Position numbers and translations under genes: made by a program. Positions 19,309 through 29,072 of a stretch of DNA of 64,000 nucleotides are shown here, in pieces. Position 1 is the stretch's first letter. The number at the start of each line of letters is the position of its first letter. The stretch covers positions 62,001 to 126,000 of IMG/VR virus record IMGVR_UViG_2897137741_000002; one strand, given 5' to 3'. The DNA is from an uncultured virus (IMG/VR IMGVR_UViG_2897137741_000002). Taxonomy: Duplodnaviria > Heunggongvirae > Uroviricota > Caudoviricetes. Under the pieces are notes generated by a model. It searched no databases. It saw nothing but the letters and a program-made list of their open reading frames with translations, and had not been told where the DNA came from.

Positions 19309-20286
19309 ATGTTCAATAGTGAGATTAAGGAAAAATATTTAGATACCTTATCTGAGGGTATGGTTATGCAGATGAGGCCTATTTTTGCAAAAGCAGAGAT
19401 TACTGAGACTTTATATAATAAAGACATTTATGATTTCACATCAATGCAAATTTTAGAACTTATACGATCATTCGATCAAACCACTATTGGTAGTGTTCGA
19501 AGAACCTTAGCATTATTGTCATTGTATATTGATTGGGCAATTTCATATAAGTTAAGTAAAGGATTAACCAATTTGGCAAGAACTATTTCTGAAGAAGAGC
19601 TTTATGAATGTCTCGGAGACAAAAAATTATATATTACTTATAGTGAATTAGAGGAAATGGAAAATCAATTAGTTAACTATCAATCAAAGGCTGTATTAAG
19701 GCTGTTGTTTGAAGGGGTTTCAGGTTTAGCTCATTCTGAATTGCTAAGTTTAACGAAAAAGCAAGTTGAGGATGCGATGCTAAATGGTAACGTTTTAACC
19801 CTCTATGATTCAAAGCACGGTGAACGAAAACTAAAAGTTAGTAGTGAATGTCTTGTTATTGCCTTAAATGCAGCTCAGGAAACTAAATATAAATTAAAGA
19901 ATGGGAAGGCAAAAGGCCAAACAAAAGAAGTCTTTTTAGTTGAAAATGATTATGTAGTTAAAACAAAAAGAACGTCCAACAAAGGAGACGGCCAAGCAAG
20001 TAAATTTGTCATAACTAATCTAATTACTGATATATCTGAGTTCTTTAAAATTAACTTTTTAACACCAAATACTATTGTTAGATCTGGTCATTTGTATAGA
20101 GCATATCAGCTTTATAAAGAAAAAGGGGTTATTGATAACTCTGTAAGGTATCAGATTATAGATGACTTTAATTTAAGAGTGAAATCCAAATATCGAGCAG
20201 TTTATTCAATGCAAGATTATATTAATGAGGAAGAAGTTAATAAATATTACGCAGAAGAACTAGGTCTAAAAGAGACGACCATTTAA
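19309..20286 (+). CDS. yopR: Master repressor MrpR/SroF (degenerate integrase fold)
   Basis: 325 aa MFNSEIKEKYL...; last gene of the sro operon. Confidence 0.88.
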   Translation: MFNSEIKEKYLDTLSEGMVMQMRPIFAKAEITETLYNKDIYDFTSMQILELIRSFDQTTIGSVRRTLALLSLYIDWAISYKLSKGLTNLARTISEEELYECLGDKKLYITYSELEEMENQLVNYQSKAVLRLLFEGVSGLAHSELLSLTKKQVEDAMLNGNVLTLYDSKHGERKLKVSSECLVIALNAAQETKYKLKNGKAKGQTKEVFLVENDYVVKTKRTSNKGDGQASKFVITNLITDISEFFKINFLTPNTIVRSGHLYRAYQLYKEKGVIDNSVRYQIIDDFNLRVKSKYRAVYSMQDYINEEEVNKYYAEELGLKETTI

Positions 20287-20291
20287 ATATG

Positions 20292-20330
20292 AAATCCATT
20301 TGACTATTTTGGTTAAATGGATTTTTCTTT
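20292..20330. terminator. Terminator after yopR
   Basis: AAATCCATTTGAC-TATTTTG-GTTAAATGGATTTTT. Confidence 0.75.
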
Positions 20331-20474
20331 TATCTCAAAAAATTGTGAAAAAATTCGCATTTCGACAAAAATAGACAAAATAATCACTTTAAATACATGT
20401 TTAAATGTAGTAAGATGGTCATGTAAACCATATGGTTTACTAAGGAGGAGACCAAGACCAAAGTCTTAGTCGTT

Positions 20475-20699
20475 TCAATGCCTTTCAACCTTGAATTCAT
20501 AGAGGTCTTCGACATTACAATCTAAAGCAGCAGCAATTCTTTTTGCAGTTCGAATAGACATATCTACTTTAACTAATCGATTATAGTCGCTCAGCTGCTG
20601 TTTCTTAATCCCAGTTATCTCTGAAAGTTCATTGATTGTAATGTCTTTCTTTCTACATAATTCAGGTATCAAGCATTGCCCGATCTCAACTTTAATCAT
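20475..20699 (-). CDS. yopS: Xre HTH regulator
   Basis: 74 aa HTH; RBS GGAGGA. Confidence 0.85.
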   Translation of the reverse strand: MIKVEIGQCLIPELCRKKDITINELSEITGIKKQQLSDYNRLVKVDMSIRTAKRIAAALDCNVEDLYEFKVERH

Positions 20700-20817
20700 A
20701 ATCGGACATCCTCCTGCGTTCTGTTATGGAAAGACATAATACATATCATACCATACGAAGCCGATAAATAACCACTAGCATAACACCTACTTTCTATGTA
20801 TAATGATTATACAAAAC

Positions 20818-20831
20818 AGAACGCACGTTCC
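20818..20831. promoter_or_regulatory. LexA (Cheo/SOS) box
   Basis: AGAACGCACGTTCC (GAAC-N4-GTTC) between divergent yopS and yopT. Confidence 0.7.
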
Positions 20832-20881
20832 CTTAACACCTTAAGGGTTTATCAAAGAAAATTGAACATAGGAGAATGAGG

Positions 20882-21100
20882 ATGGCAGGTTATTTAAACA
20901 ATATTGCACTGAATCTGGAGATTGTACTCAAAAACAAAGCAGATAGTCCAGAAGTCTCTGAAACATTGGTAACCAGGATTTGTGAAAATTTACTTTTATC
21001 TAAAGAAGTCTCGTTTTTAAAAGCTGACGGATCAGTTGAAAATTTTAAATTAAGTGATATGGAATATGAAATAACAAATACAGAAGAATTGCCTGAGTAA
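20882..21100 (+). CDS. yopT: Hypothetical protein
   Basis: 72 aa, synteny. Confidence 0.75.
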   Translation: MAGYLNNIALNLEIVLKNKADSPEVSETLVTRICENLLLSKEVSFLKADGSVENFKLSDMEYEITNTEELPE

Positions 21101-21169
21101 AAATAAAAAAAAGAAAGACTCCATTAAACATAATGTAATCAGCAGCAAGAGGAGAATGAAGGTATTGTT

Positions 21170-21367
21170 TTGAATATATTTGTTGATCAAGATAATTACA
21201 AAGAGGTTAGTCTGAAACTTACAAAAAAATTGCTGACTTCAGAACATTATCAATTCCTACTTGGTTTCAAGGGAGAGAAATTAGATATTACAATTTCAGT
21301 TACACCACAAAGCCTCGTTAAGCTTAGGGATGACATCAATGAATTGATCTTTATGTTCTCAGATTAA
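21170..21367 (+). CDS. yopU: Hypothetical protein
   Basis: 65 aa, synteny. Confidence 0.7.
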   Translation: MNIFVDQDNYKEVSLKLTKKLLTSEHYQFLLGFKGEKLDITISVTPQSLVKLRDDINELIFMFSD

Positions 21368-21457
21368 AATTAGATTCGGTCACATAAATTGGCCGAATCT
21401 AATTGACAGATATTAAATAATGGGTTATAGTTTATTCAAATACAAATAATATGTATA
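21368..21457 (+). promoter_or_regulatory. Hairpin, SigA promoter and SPBRE-like operator
   Basis: AATTAGATTCGGTCA...TGGCCGAATCTAATT; TTGACA-17-TATAGT; CAAATACAAATAATATGTATA at 21437. Confidence 0.75.
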
Positions 21458-21463
21458 TAGGAG

Positions 21464-21673
21464 ATGGTAAAGAGAGCTATGTTGCTTGATGAAAAGCTCG
21501 ATAAATTAATGAAAACGATTCTGCGATTAAAAGCATACAAAGAAGAGGAAAATTTACGAAGAGTCATCGGAGAATTTCATTCAATAATTGATTATGCTTA
21601 CGAGGGGATGTATATAGCTGAAGATATGTTAAGAGAAGAAGAAAGTAAGGGCAAAGAAGTAAGTACATATTGA
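21464..21673 (+). CDS. yopV: Hypothetical protein
   Basis: 64-69 aa, synteny. Confidence 0.65.
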   Translation: MVKRAMLLDEKLDKLMKTILRLKAYKEEENLRRVIGEFHSIIDYAYEGMYIAEDMLREEESKGKEVSTY

Positions 21674-21755
21674 ATTGTGTAATTTTCACTAAGGTAACAA
21701 AATTAAAATTAGTGGATAAAATGTAAGTTTTATCGAGATTCAGATAAGGGGGATA

Positions 21756-22679
21756 ATGTTGAAAGAAATAAATATGATTGAACGTTCTTATTGTGGAAGT
21801 GGAGGATGTATGAGTTGTCCCTTCTCGCACAGTGATGAAGCTGAAATGGCTCAAAATTACGGATGTTTGCCCACTCCACAGCAAATTGTAGAGATGAAGG
21901 AAAAGAGTGAACACAATTGGGCTTGTCATAGTGATGAGACAGTTTTGTGTGGAGGTTTTGCTAAGTACATAAAAAGAAATAGACCTGATTTAAATATTAA
22001 TAAAGGCCAATTAATCTCGTACGAAACATGGTGCCATGAAGGTGAAGGGAAAGCTATACAGGAAGCAAATTCAAGAGAGCTCCGACTGGCTCAGGATGAG
22101 ATTCAACGTCTTACAAAAGAGAATGAGGGCATCAGGCAAGCTTTAAATAAAATCGCTATTCTCAAGCCTTTAATTAACAATGAAACTAATACTTGTAACC
22201 TTCAATTTGCAATTACAACAGCAAAACTGGCACTGGAAGGAGAGCGGACAATGAACACAGCATACAGAGTTTGGGACGGCGAGCAGATGCATTATTGGGA
22301 TGATGAAAGGCTGAGATTGTTTATTGACGGCGGCAAATGGGTGTTATATTCCGCACGTAGTGGAGAAATGATATTCGAAATAACAAACAGTAAGAATAAA
22401 AATGCGGCCCTCATGTGGGGCACTGAAATAAGAGAAACACCCGAAGAAATCCAACTTGGGGAAACAATTTATGCGGGGCACATTGTCCGACAAGAGAATC
22501 TTGATCCTGATTTATGTGGGAACCCCACTCTTATTGGGGAAGTGAAAATGATTGAGGGTTCATGGTGCATCGTTAACGAGAAAAAAGAAGAGTGCCGACC
22601 GTTGTTTTCTGAAATGGCGATAAACTCAATAATCGGCGACATTTATCAAAATCCTGAGTTATTGGAGGGCGCGGAGTGA
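21756..22679 (+). CDS. Cys-rich N-terminal domain fused in frame to a YopX-family domain
   Basis: YopX signature MNTAYRVWD...IGDIYQNPELL from an internal ATG at 22251 with its own RBS. Confidence 0.7.
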   Translation: MLKEINMIERSYCGSGGCMSCPFSHSDEAEMAQNYGCLPTPQQIVEMKEKSEHNWACHSDETVLCGGFAKYIKRNRPDLNINKGQLISYETWCHEGEGKAIQEANSRELRLAQDEIQRLTKENEGIRQALNKIAILKPLINNETNTCNLQFAITTAKLALEGERTMNTAYRVWDGEQMHYWDDERLRLFIDGGKWVLYSARSGEMIFEITNSKNKNAALMWGTEIRETPEEIQLGETIYAGHIVRQENLDPDLCGNPTLIGEVKMIEGSWCIVNEKKEECRPLFSEMAINSIIGDIYQNPELLEGAE

Positions 22680-22833
22680 AAAAGTGGATGGCGGTGGTGT
22701 TGATTTAAACATAGATCATCTTGGCGACGAAACGCGTTTATGGTTCCAAACTTATAAAAGCGCACGCAACTATTTAAGGCGCGAGGAATATTTCACAGGC
22801 AGAATGAAATTGGTTAAGGAGGGCGCGGAGTGA
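22676..22833 (+). pseudogene. Small gene, frameshifted or starting at GTG 22684
   Basis: GTG 22676 frame stops early; the alternative frame reads ..DLNIDHLGDETRLWFQTYKSARNYLRR..EGAE; bounded by 16-bp direct repeats. Confidence 0.4.
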
Positions 22834-23027
22834 CAAGTGAAATGCGATTACAGGCACAGATCGACGTTATCGAAAAAGAAAATAAGGAATTGCGCCGCAG
22901 GAATGAGGAATTAGGGCAGACGGTCGAACGTCAGAACAAACAGATCGTCTCTCAAAATTGGAGACTGTTGTTTTTCGCTTCATCCTGGATCGTTTATGGA
23001 ATTGTTAGTGCTATAAAATACCTTTAG
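22830..23027 (+). CDS. Coiled-coil protein with C-terminal TM segment
   Basis: 65 aa, translationally coupled start. Confidence 0.7.
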   Translation: MTSEMRLQAQIDVIEKENKELRRRNEELGQTVERQNKQIVSQNWRLLFFASSWIVYGIVSAIKYL

Positions 23028-23045
23028 GGATAAGGAGGGCGTTGA

Positions 23046-23396
23046 GTGATGGAGGAAATAGATAACAACGAATTGAAGTTCCGAATGATTACGCCGGATG
23101 GAAAATCATTTCCGGTTAATTCTGCACCTATTGAAGGCTGGCAAAATGATATTTGGAAGGCGTTTGATGAACAGAAACGGGTTTTCGATGCAGAGATCAA
23201 AAAGGCATTTGAATACTGTAGCGTACCATTGGAAGAAGCAGTTGAACGGGCTGAATTAGCCGTAGATAAAGACGAAAATACAGTTCTGACGATAGACAAA
23301 CGTCCGGTTTTAATTGCATATAAACCTGAATTTCTACCCGCGGAAAGAAAAGCGGTACAGAGATTCAAACGACTTTATGAGGAGGATGCAAAGTGA
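23046..23396 (+). CDS. Hypothetical protein
   Basis: 116 aa, RBS AAGGAGG. Confidence 0.7.
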   Translation: MMEEIDNNELKFRMITPDGKSFPVNSAPIEGWQNDIWKAFDEQKRVFDAEIKKAFEYCSVPLEEAVERAELAVDKDENTVLTIDKRPVLIAYKPEFLPAERKAVQRFKRLYEEDAK

Positions 23397-23575
23397 GTAG
23401 GTTAAATGGATTGATTACAGATAAATACGGTGATGCGTTGTATAGAAGTGGTTTTTGTATAACCATTGAAGAGAATTCACACTCTAGGATGATTACGGCA
23501 GATTTCACATTGAACAGAAGTCACCTTCCGTTTTTAAAAGAAATTGTAAAAGACTTGGAGGAAGAAGCGAAGTGA
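23393..23575 (+). CDS. Hypothetical protein
   Basis: 60 aa, coupled GTGA overlap. Confidence 0.65.
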   Translation: MSRLNGLITDKYGDALYRSGFCITIEENSHSRMITADFTLNRSHLPFLKEIVKDLEEEAK

Positions 23576-23643
23576 TCTGAGGTTACAGTCTAGATAAAAG
23601 ATGCATTTTAAAGTGAATTAGATGAAGTAAAGGAGATGAACCG

Positions 23644-24378
23644 ATGGAAGCGTTACAACCAAATCAATATTTTGAAATGATTAAATCAAAGAAAAATAAG
23701 GTTACAGACAAAGAACTTCAAAGATATTACGACAATTGCTTGGTGTTACTCAATAAGTATAAGCAAACTAATCAAATTAAAGCTGCAAAGAAACTGATAT
23801 TCCATTTAGAATCAATTGAAAAAGAACGGGAGATTGTAAAGCTTGGTATTGATACGTTTGTTTATCGGGATGACATTGAAGAATACATAGATAACATTGC
23901 AAAAGATACAGTCAAAATTATTGAGCTTGAAAATTACGAACGTGAAATCCCTGATGAGGTAATCATTAAATACAACAAAGTGAAAGACAAATTGGATCGG
24001 TTTTATGTGGTGTTTACAGATTATACGGGGAAGGTTGAAAGGCAGATCGAAAAAGAGCGGAGAGATAAGGATCCAATTTTATTCGGCACTTTTCAAGATG
24101 AGTCGACCGGTACTTTGATTGAACGTTTTTATTTCATAGGCGACTGGGAAGATGAGTATTGTGATCTCACTTTAGATAAGATGATTTCAGAAGTTCAGGA
24201 AGTAAAAGAATCAAATATTGCAATGACCATCAATACACCCCAAGATATTGAGCAATTGAAGAAGCAGTTAAATAGCATGGACAAGATAGCAAATGGGTTT
24301 AGGATGAATAATCCCGGATTTGCAGTGGTTAACAAAAAGAAAAATTGGTTTGAAAAACTGTTTAAAAGGACGAAGTGA
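23644..24378 (+). CDS. Conserved phage hypothetical protein
   Basis: 244 aa, RBS AAGGAG. Confidence 0.8.
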   Translation: MEALQPNQYFEMIKSKKNKVTDKELQRYYDNCLVLLNKYKQTNQIKAAKKLIFHLESIEKEREIVKLGIDTFVYRDDIEEYIDNIAKDTVKIIELENYEREIPDEVIIKYNKVKDKLDRFYVVFTDYTGKVERQIEKERRDKDPILFGTFQDESTGTLIERFYFIGDWEDEYCDLTLDKMISEVQEVKESNIAMTINTPQDIEQLKKQLNSMDKIANGFRMNNPGFAVVNKKKNWFEKLFKRTK

Positions 24379-24725
24379 TGAAAAGAACAGTTGATCTTAC
24401 TGAAAATAGAGAGTTCATGAAGATTGGAAATAGCCGAAGCAAGTCATTATTGCAAAGGTACTTAAAGAAGCGAATATACCCATGGAGCATAGAAGCAGAA
24501 GTAAGACAGAGCGACCTTTATAGTAACGGCTTATTGTTAACTGGCAACGGCTCTGAAAGAGAAAAACAAAAGGAGACAGCAGCCTTTGAAAAGACGTGTC
24601 ATTGTTGTGGTAAGTGGGACTCATTCCATATGACGATAACTAAATCAACTCTGTGTAAAAGTTGCGAAGAAATGCTTGATCACAGTGTTGTGGGCAACGT
24701 CCCTTGGAGAAAGCAGTTTGGATAA
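24375..24725 (+). CDS. Zn-binding hypothetical protein (YoqA-like)
   Basis: CHCC..CKSC; stop inside repeat site. Confidence 0.7.
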   Translation: MMKRTVDLTENREFMKIGNSRSKSLLQRYLKKRIYPWSIEAEVRQSDLYSNGLLLTGNGSEREKQKETAAFEKTCHCCGKWDSFHMTITKSTLCKSCEEMLDHSVVGNVPWRKQFG

Positions 24726-24791
24726 AAGTAAAATTTTAAAGAGATTCAAAAGAGTTGAATTAATTAAAAAACAATTTAAGGGGAGATACAA

Positions 24792-25238
24792 TTGAAAGTT
24801 CCATATTTAAGTGATGATACCCAAGGAATAGAAGGTGCCTTGGATTATATAACATCTGTTCAAAATCCTCGTGTCAATAAAGAATTTGTTTATTCTTTAA
24901 GTCATCAATACGATATTGAACCAACTACTGTGTACATAAAATCTAATTTTGAACCAACTACTTTTGAATTATTACTCGCTTATTTAATGTTCAAAGCATG
25001 TGAAGCAACAGAAGAGGAAGAAACAGAGCTTCATCAAGAACAGATTAAATCCATCTTAACTACTTATTACAAAGAGATCGGGCTTAAAAGTGTTCCAGTG
25101 GGCATTCAACCAATCGAATTTGATCTTTATACTGTATGGGAAAAGTGGTGTGGAAAATATGACCGTATGTTGAGAATTAAATGTTTTGAGAAAGATGGAC
25201 TGATTGAATATTTGAAAAATATGCTGCAAGAAGTATAA
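24792..25238 (+). CDS. Hypothetical protein
   Basis: 148 aa, RBS AAGGGGAG. Confidence 0.7.
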   Translation: MKVPYLSDDTQGIEGALDYITSVQNPRVNKEFVYSLSHQYDIEPTTVYIKSNFEPTTFELLLAYLMFKACEATEEEETELHQEQIKSILTTYYKEIGLKSVPVGIQPIEFDLYTVWEKWCGKYDRMLRIKCFEKDGLIEYLKNMLQEV

Positions 25239-25268
25239 GTGAAAATAATATGAGAAAGGGAGACAAAA

Positions 25269-25490
25269 ATGATTAAAGGAATGGTTAAACACGAGTTGCT
25301 CAAAACAAGCGATGGTGTACTAAGACTGGCAGAGGATGCACTTTGCGGCGGGTTTTCACTTGGTATTAGAACACCTGAAGGAGCTGATTGGAGATATATT
25401 AGTGATGAACTTGGGCATTTGCTAATTAAAGAGCTTTCTAATAATCACAAAGGTGATAGCGACAATGAAAACCAAAATGCTGGCTGCTGA
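25269..25490 (+). CDS. Hypothetical protein
   Basis: 73 aa, RBS. Confidence 0.6.
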   Translation: MIKGMVKHELLKTSDGVLRLAEDALCGGFSLGIRTPEGADWRYISDELGHLLIKELSNNHKGDSDNENQNAGC

Positions 25491-25602
25491 ATTAAAGGCG
25501 ATGATACACAAAGAACAGCAGACAGTAGTTATTACTGGATAAGCAGAGGCAATTAGAAAGCTAATTAAAATTGGAGATTTAATGAGAATCGGGGGAATAA
25601 AA

Positions 25603-25860
25603 ATGGAGAAAATGAACCTGCTAAAAGAAATAACAATATTTGATTTAAATAAAATCAAACCTGGCACAAAAGTTCAAGTAACTTGGTATAAAGGAACAGA
25701 GATGGAGTATACACATAATGGCGAAGTTATCATCAATCACGGAGAAAAGTTTTACTATAATTTCGTTGATAAAGAAGGCTATGTGGGCCATTGTCATGTA
25801 AATGCAATTGATCTGAAGAACTATCCAGACAGTCTAATTGTTGAGATTAAATCTAAATAA
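25603..25860 (+). CDS. Hypothetical protein
   Basis: Start after GGGGGA; ends ...SK inside repeat site. Confidence 0.65.
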   Translation: MEKMNLLKEITIFDLNKIKPGTKVQVTWYKGTEMEYTHNGEVIINHGEKFYYNFVDKEGYVGHCHVNAIDLKNYPDSLIVEIKSK

Positions 25861-25892
25861 AAAGACTGTTTTAAAGAGAGGGAGTTGTATTA

Positions 25893-26285
25893 ATGGGAAT
25901 GTATACAGAATTGGTATGTGCTTTTGAGCTAATTAAGGAAACACCAAGTCACATTATTGAAACGTTGGAGTTTATGAGCGGTCAACGAGATGAGCATCCA
26001 GATGAGCTGCCAGATCATAAACTATTTTCGGGAGGAAGTAGATGGAAATGGATGCTTCAATCTGATAGCTATTATTTTGATGGAAAAACTCACAGCGAAA
26101 TTGTAAACGATACTCTTGTAGGTGGGCGCTATGTGACAATTAGATGCAATCTAAAAAACTATGATAATGAGATTGAGAGTTTTATTGAGTGGATTTCACC
26201 GTTTATTTATAAAAAGGATGAGGAATATTTTATTGGCTACAAACGATATGAAGAGGATAAAGAGCCTGAATTGATTTTTGTTTAA
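25893..26285 (+). CDS. Hypothetical protein bracketed by repeat sites
   Basis: 130 aa MGMYTELVCAFEL...; sites at 25852 and 26277. Confidence 0.8.
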   Translation: MGMYTELVCAFELIKETPSHIIETLEFMSGQRDEHPDELPDHKLFSGGSRWKWMLQSDSYYFDGKTHSEIVNDTLVGGRYVTIRCNLKNYDNEIESFIEWISPFIYKKDEEYFIGYKRYEEDKEPELIFV

Positions 26286-26473
26286 AAGGATTACTTTATG
26301 CAGAATGGAGGGCAATAGGATAGGATTCATCAAATACGTATTTGAAATCGCCTGGTTTAACTTAGTTTGGTTTAAATGGCACCTTGGAGCGGACATAAGC
26401 ATTTTTGACAGCTGCGGATGGAATACATATAAACGGATAAAGAATAAAAATAAAATAAGTGGAGGGTATTCAA

Positions 26474-26689
26474 GTGGTAAAGAGGAATCTGCTTAGCAAC
26501 CAAGTTGATGAGATTATCGGAGAATATTACGCTGCTAAAGGATATTCAGTCCATAGCATTGACCGCCAGGAAAATGGACAACTAATCGTTGTTACGGAGC
26601 GAGTAGCAGAGGAGAAGGAAAATGCAAAAGTTGATATAGCATTTGATTTTGTACATAGAAGACCACATAAGAAGAAGTATTTAGCATAA
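26474..26689 (+). CDS. yoqN: Hypothetical protein
   Basis: ~71 aa from GTG after GGAGGG; convergent with yoqO. Confidence 0.6.
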   Translation: MVKRNLLSNQVDEIIGEYYAAKGYSVHSIDRQENGQLIVVTERVAEEKENAKVDIAFDFVHRRPHKKKYLA

Positions 26690-26705
26690 AAAAGGCAAAG
26701 AGGAA

Positions 26706-27080
26706 TTAACACTCTTTACCGTTAGGTTTCTTTTTTAGACAATCACAGATAAATTTCATTATACTGATAGCTATTGCAACAGATCCAATTATTAATGTGA
26801 TTTGGAGGATGAATATTACTCCGAAATTTATATTCACATTGTCAAATAAGTCACTCGAAAAGGAAAGAAGCTTATGAATACCCAAGGCAAGTACGAAAAA
26901 GGTGAGGCATATTACGACAAGGGATGCTTTGGAATAATCTTTAGCGTGGTCAAAATTATAAATTGCTATTGATACAAATAATAAACCCGTAGCGATCTTG
27001 TGGGATAGCGAATCATTCGCCGAAAATGATTGCACTACTATGCTTAAGAAAAATCCAGTAATACCGATTGTTTTACTCAA
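26706..27080 (-). CDS. yoqO: Membrane protein
   Basis: 124 aa from TTG 27080 (RBS AGGTGA), four TM segments. Confidence 0.7.
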   Translation of the reverse strand: MSKTIGITGFFLSIVVQSFSANDSLSHKIATGLLFVSIAIYNFDHAKDYSKASLVVICLTFFVLALGIHKLLSFSSDLFDNVNINFGVIFILQITLIIGSVAIAISIMKFICDCLKKKPNGKEC

Positions 27081-27193
27081 GGAATCACCTACTCTTATGT
27101 AAGTTAAGTATGAGTTTACCAATTAAAGGGGATTTTCTCAAGATGATACACATTAAAGTTAAATTAAAATCGTGATTTAAAGGAGCGGAGATA

Positions 27194-27484
27194 ATGAACA
27201 CTTATGTAGTCGATGACAGCAAGTATAAATGTATTTATGCGGGAACTGAGAAAGCAGCTGCTTTTAATAATGAATTTGAAAACGGTACAAGAGTAAGAGT
27301 TTGGTTCGAAGGCCGTCACATAAAAACGTTTGAGAAAGAACAAAGAGAAGTATGTGGAGTAGGAGAATGGATTCTGAAGTATGATGCTGCTACTGAATTG
27401 CAAAAGGAAGTAGATCGTTTGGAAAAGACATATTTCAAGAAGAAAGAGTTGTTAGATACTATTAGGCAAGCTGAACAAGTCTAG
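27194..27484 (+). CDS. Hypothetical protein bracketed by repeat sites
   Basis: 96 aa; sites at 27159 and 27480. Confidence 0.75.
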   Translation: MNTYVVDDSKYKCIYAGTEKAAAFNNEFENGTRVRVWFEGRHIKTFEKEQREVCGVGEWILKYDAATELQKEVDRLEKTYFKKKELLDTIRQAEQV

Positions 27485-27515
27485 ATAAAAGATAGTTTTT
27501 ATAGGGAGGTAACAG

Positions 27516-27725
27516 ATGTTTTGGAGAAAGAAAATACCTAAATGCAAACATGAATGGCATTACTTGAAAGATGACTATATATACAATAATTTAGGCGCTG
27601 CCATTGATGCGGATGATGCATGTTGGATACTTTGTGTAAAATGCGAAAATGAAAAATTAGTCTATAAAGAAGAATGGGAAAGGGTTAAAAGAAAGCAGGA
27701 GATTCTAAAAGAATTTAATAAATAA
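27516..27725 (+). CDS. Small Zn-binding protein
   Basis: CKH..CVKC; RBS GGGAGG. Confidence 0.7.
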   Translation: MFWRKKIPKCKHEWHYLKDDYIYNNLGAAIDADDACWILCVKCENEKLVYKEEWERVKRKQEILKEFNK

Positions 27726-27798
27726 TAGCAAGTAATATTTTAGGGAAGGATCGTTATCAAGCAATTTAGCATGTCGATAACGATCAGAAAAGAGTGTA

Positions 27799-27951
27799 TT
27801 AATTTCTATGCCAGCGTCTTTCTTCGAAGTGATCAGGATAATGATTCTGTGTAGATTTTGATTTGAATACAAAATAAAACCCTGCAAGTAAGATATAGTC
27901 CATGATTTTGTCAAATGACCAATTCACGAAATTATCTAAAATTAATTTCAT
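27799..27951 (-). CDS. Small protein (50 aa, YoqT-like, not in track)
   Basis: MKLILDNFVNWSFDKIMDYILLAGFYFVF...; RBS GGAGGTG. Confidence 0.65.
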   Translation of the reverse strand: MKLILDNFVNWSFDKIMDYILLAGFYFVFKSKSTQNHYPDHFEERRWHRN

Positions 27952-28190
27952 TTATTTCACCTCCGAGACAAAAATGTCCAGTCTCTTTTATATGGCAAGC
28001 GTATGACAACCTGCTTGCAGTAATAAAGGTGAAATGAATTTTGGAAATTTAAAAAGGTTTAGAGAAAAAAGTCATTTAAAATAAACTATTTATTTTAATT
28101 AAAGGGGGTAACGAAAACTAATTGATCCATGTACTAAATTTTCATTTGATTTTTAATGGCTAGGCTCTAAGGAGTTATGTAACGGAGAGA

Positions 28191-29003
28191 TTATACTCTC
28201 CAGGAATCGAAGGAAGGTGTGCGGAGTTTGCCGTGCTTAGTCTTAAATCTGTGCTTAACCTTACATACGATAGGCTCAATAAATACATATTCATCAGATT
28301 CAGATTTTACTTGTTTCATAGAGTGGAACTTACTTCGTTCTGCATGTGGCATGAATTCCATAAACCCGGCTGCAGTTCCGTCAGGATAAGACAGAAGGAA
28401 TTTAATATCGTTCTTCGTGTAGCCGGTTATGAGAACTTCAGTGTAATCATAATTAATCACTTTAAGCCAATTATGCGAACGTTTATTGATCTCATAAGGG
28501 GAGTTAGCTTTCTTGATTACGATTCCCTCTAAAATCTTTTCTTTGGCCAGGTTAAAGTAAGCTAGTCCGTTACCTTGAATTCCTTCGATTACAAAGACAT
28601 TAGGATGATTTAGCTCAAGTGAGTTTAGAACTGTCTTACGCTCAGTGAGCGGCTTAGCTGCTATTGACTGACCGTCTTTATAGATAACATCAAAAACACA
28701 GTAAACAATCTTATGAGCTGACTTTTTGGACATAAAACGTTCCATTACAGCTTCAAAGTCAGGAGCACCACCTGGGGCAGCTACAATAATTTCACCATCG
28801 AGTACTGTTCCATCTGGAATATCTAAGTCCAAGAGTTCTGGAAACTTGCTTGTTACTTCGTTGTTGTGACGAGTGTATAGCTTAATCTGATTATCAAATT
28901 TAGAAAGAATGAGTCTGATTCCATCAAATTTGAGCTCAGTGATATAGTTCTCGTCGTCAAATGGCTCTTTTATTGAATGCAATAGCATTGGCGATACAAA
29001 CAA
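28191..29003 (-). CDS. ligB: ATP-dependent DNA ligase
   Basis: ELKFDGIR adenylation motif, LDGE, EGIVIK. Confidence 0.92.
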   Translation of the reverse strand: MFVSPMLLHSIKEPFDDENYITELKFDGIRLILSKFDNQIKLYTRHNNEVTSKFPELLDLDIPDGTVLDGEIIVAAPGGAPDFEAVMERFMSKKSAHKIVYCVFDVIYKDGQSIAAKPLTERKTVLNSLELNHPNVFVIEGIQGNGLAYFNLAKEKILEGIVIKKANSPYEINKRSHNWLKVINYDYTEVLITGYTKNDIKFLLSYPDGTAAGFMEFMPHAERSKFHSMKQVKSESDEYVFIEPIVCKVKHRFKTKHGKLRTPSFDSWRV

Positions 29004-29072
29004 AATATCACCTCCTACTTAGAACATATTAGCTAAGAGAAGGTGATATATAAAGCGATATGACACTGGTAC

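Noticed and set aside
16720..20286. yopP/yopR as the prophage integrase marking an att boundary
   Set aside because: They lie in the sro repression operon in mid-genome; no att site or host DNA is visible in the window.
20383..20420. Second AimR box near yopS (ATCACT half-site)
   Set aside because: No AGTGAT at the 25-bp spacing.
26278..26496. 72-aa ORF between site 26277 and yoqN
   Set aside because: Its start overlaps the previous gene and the site, and there is no properly spaced canonical start; possibly a remnant.
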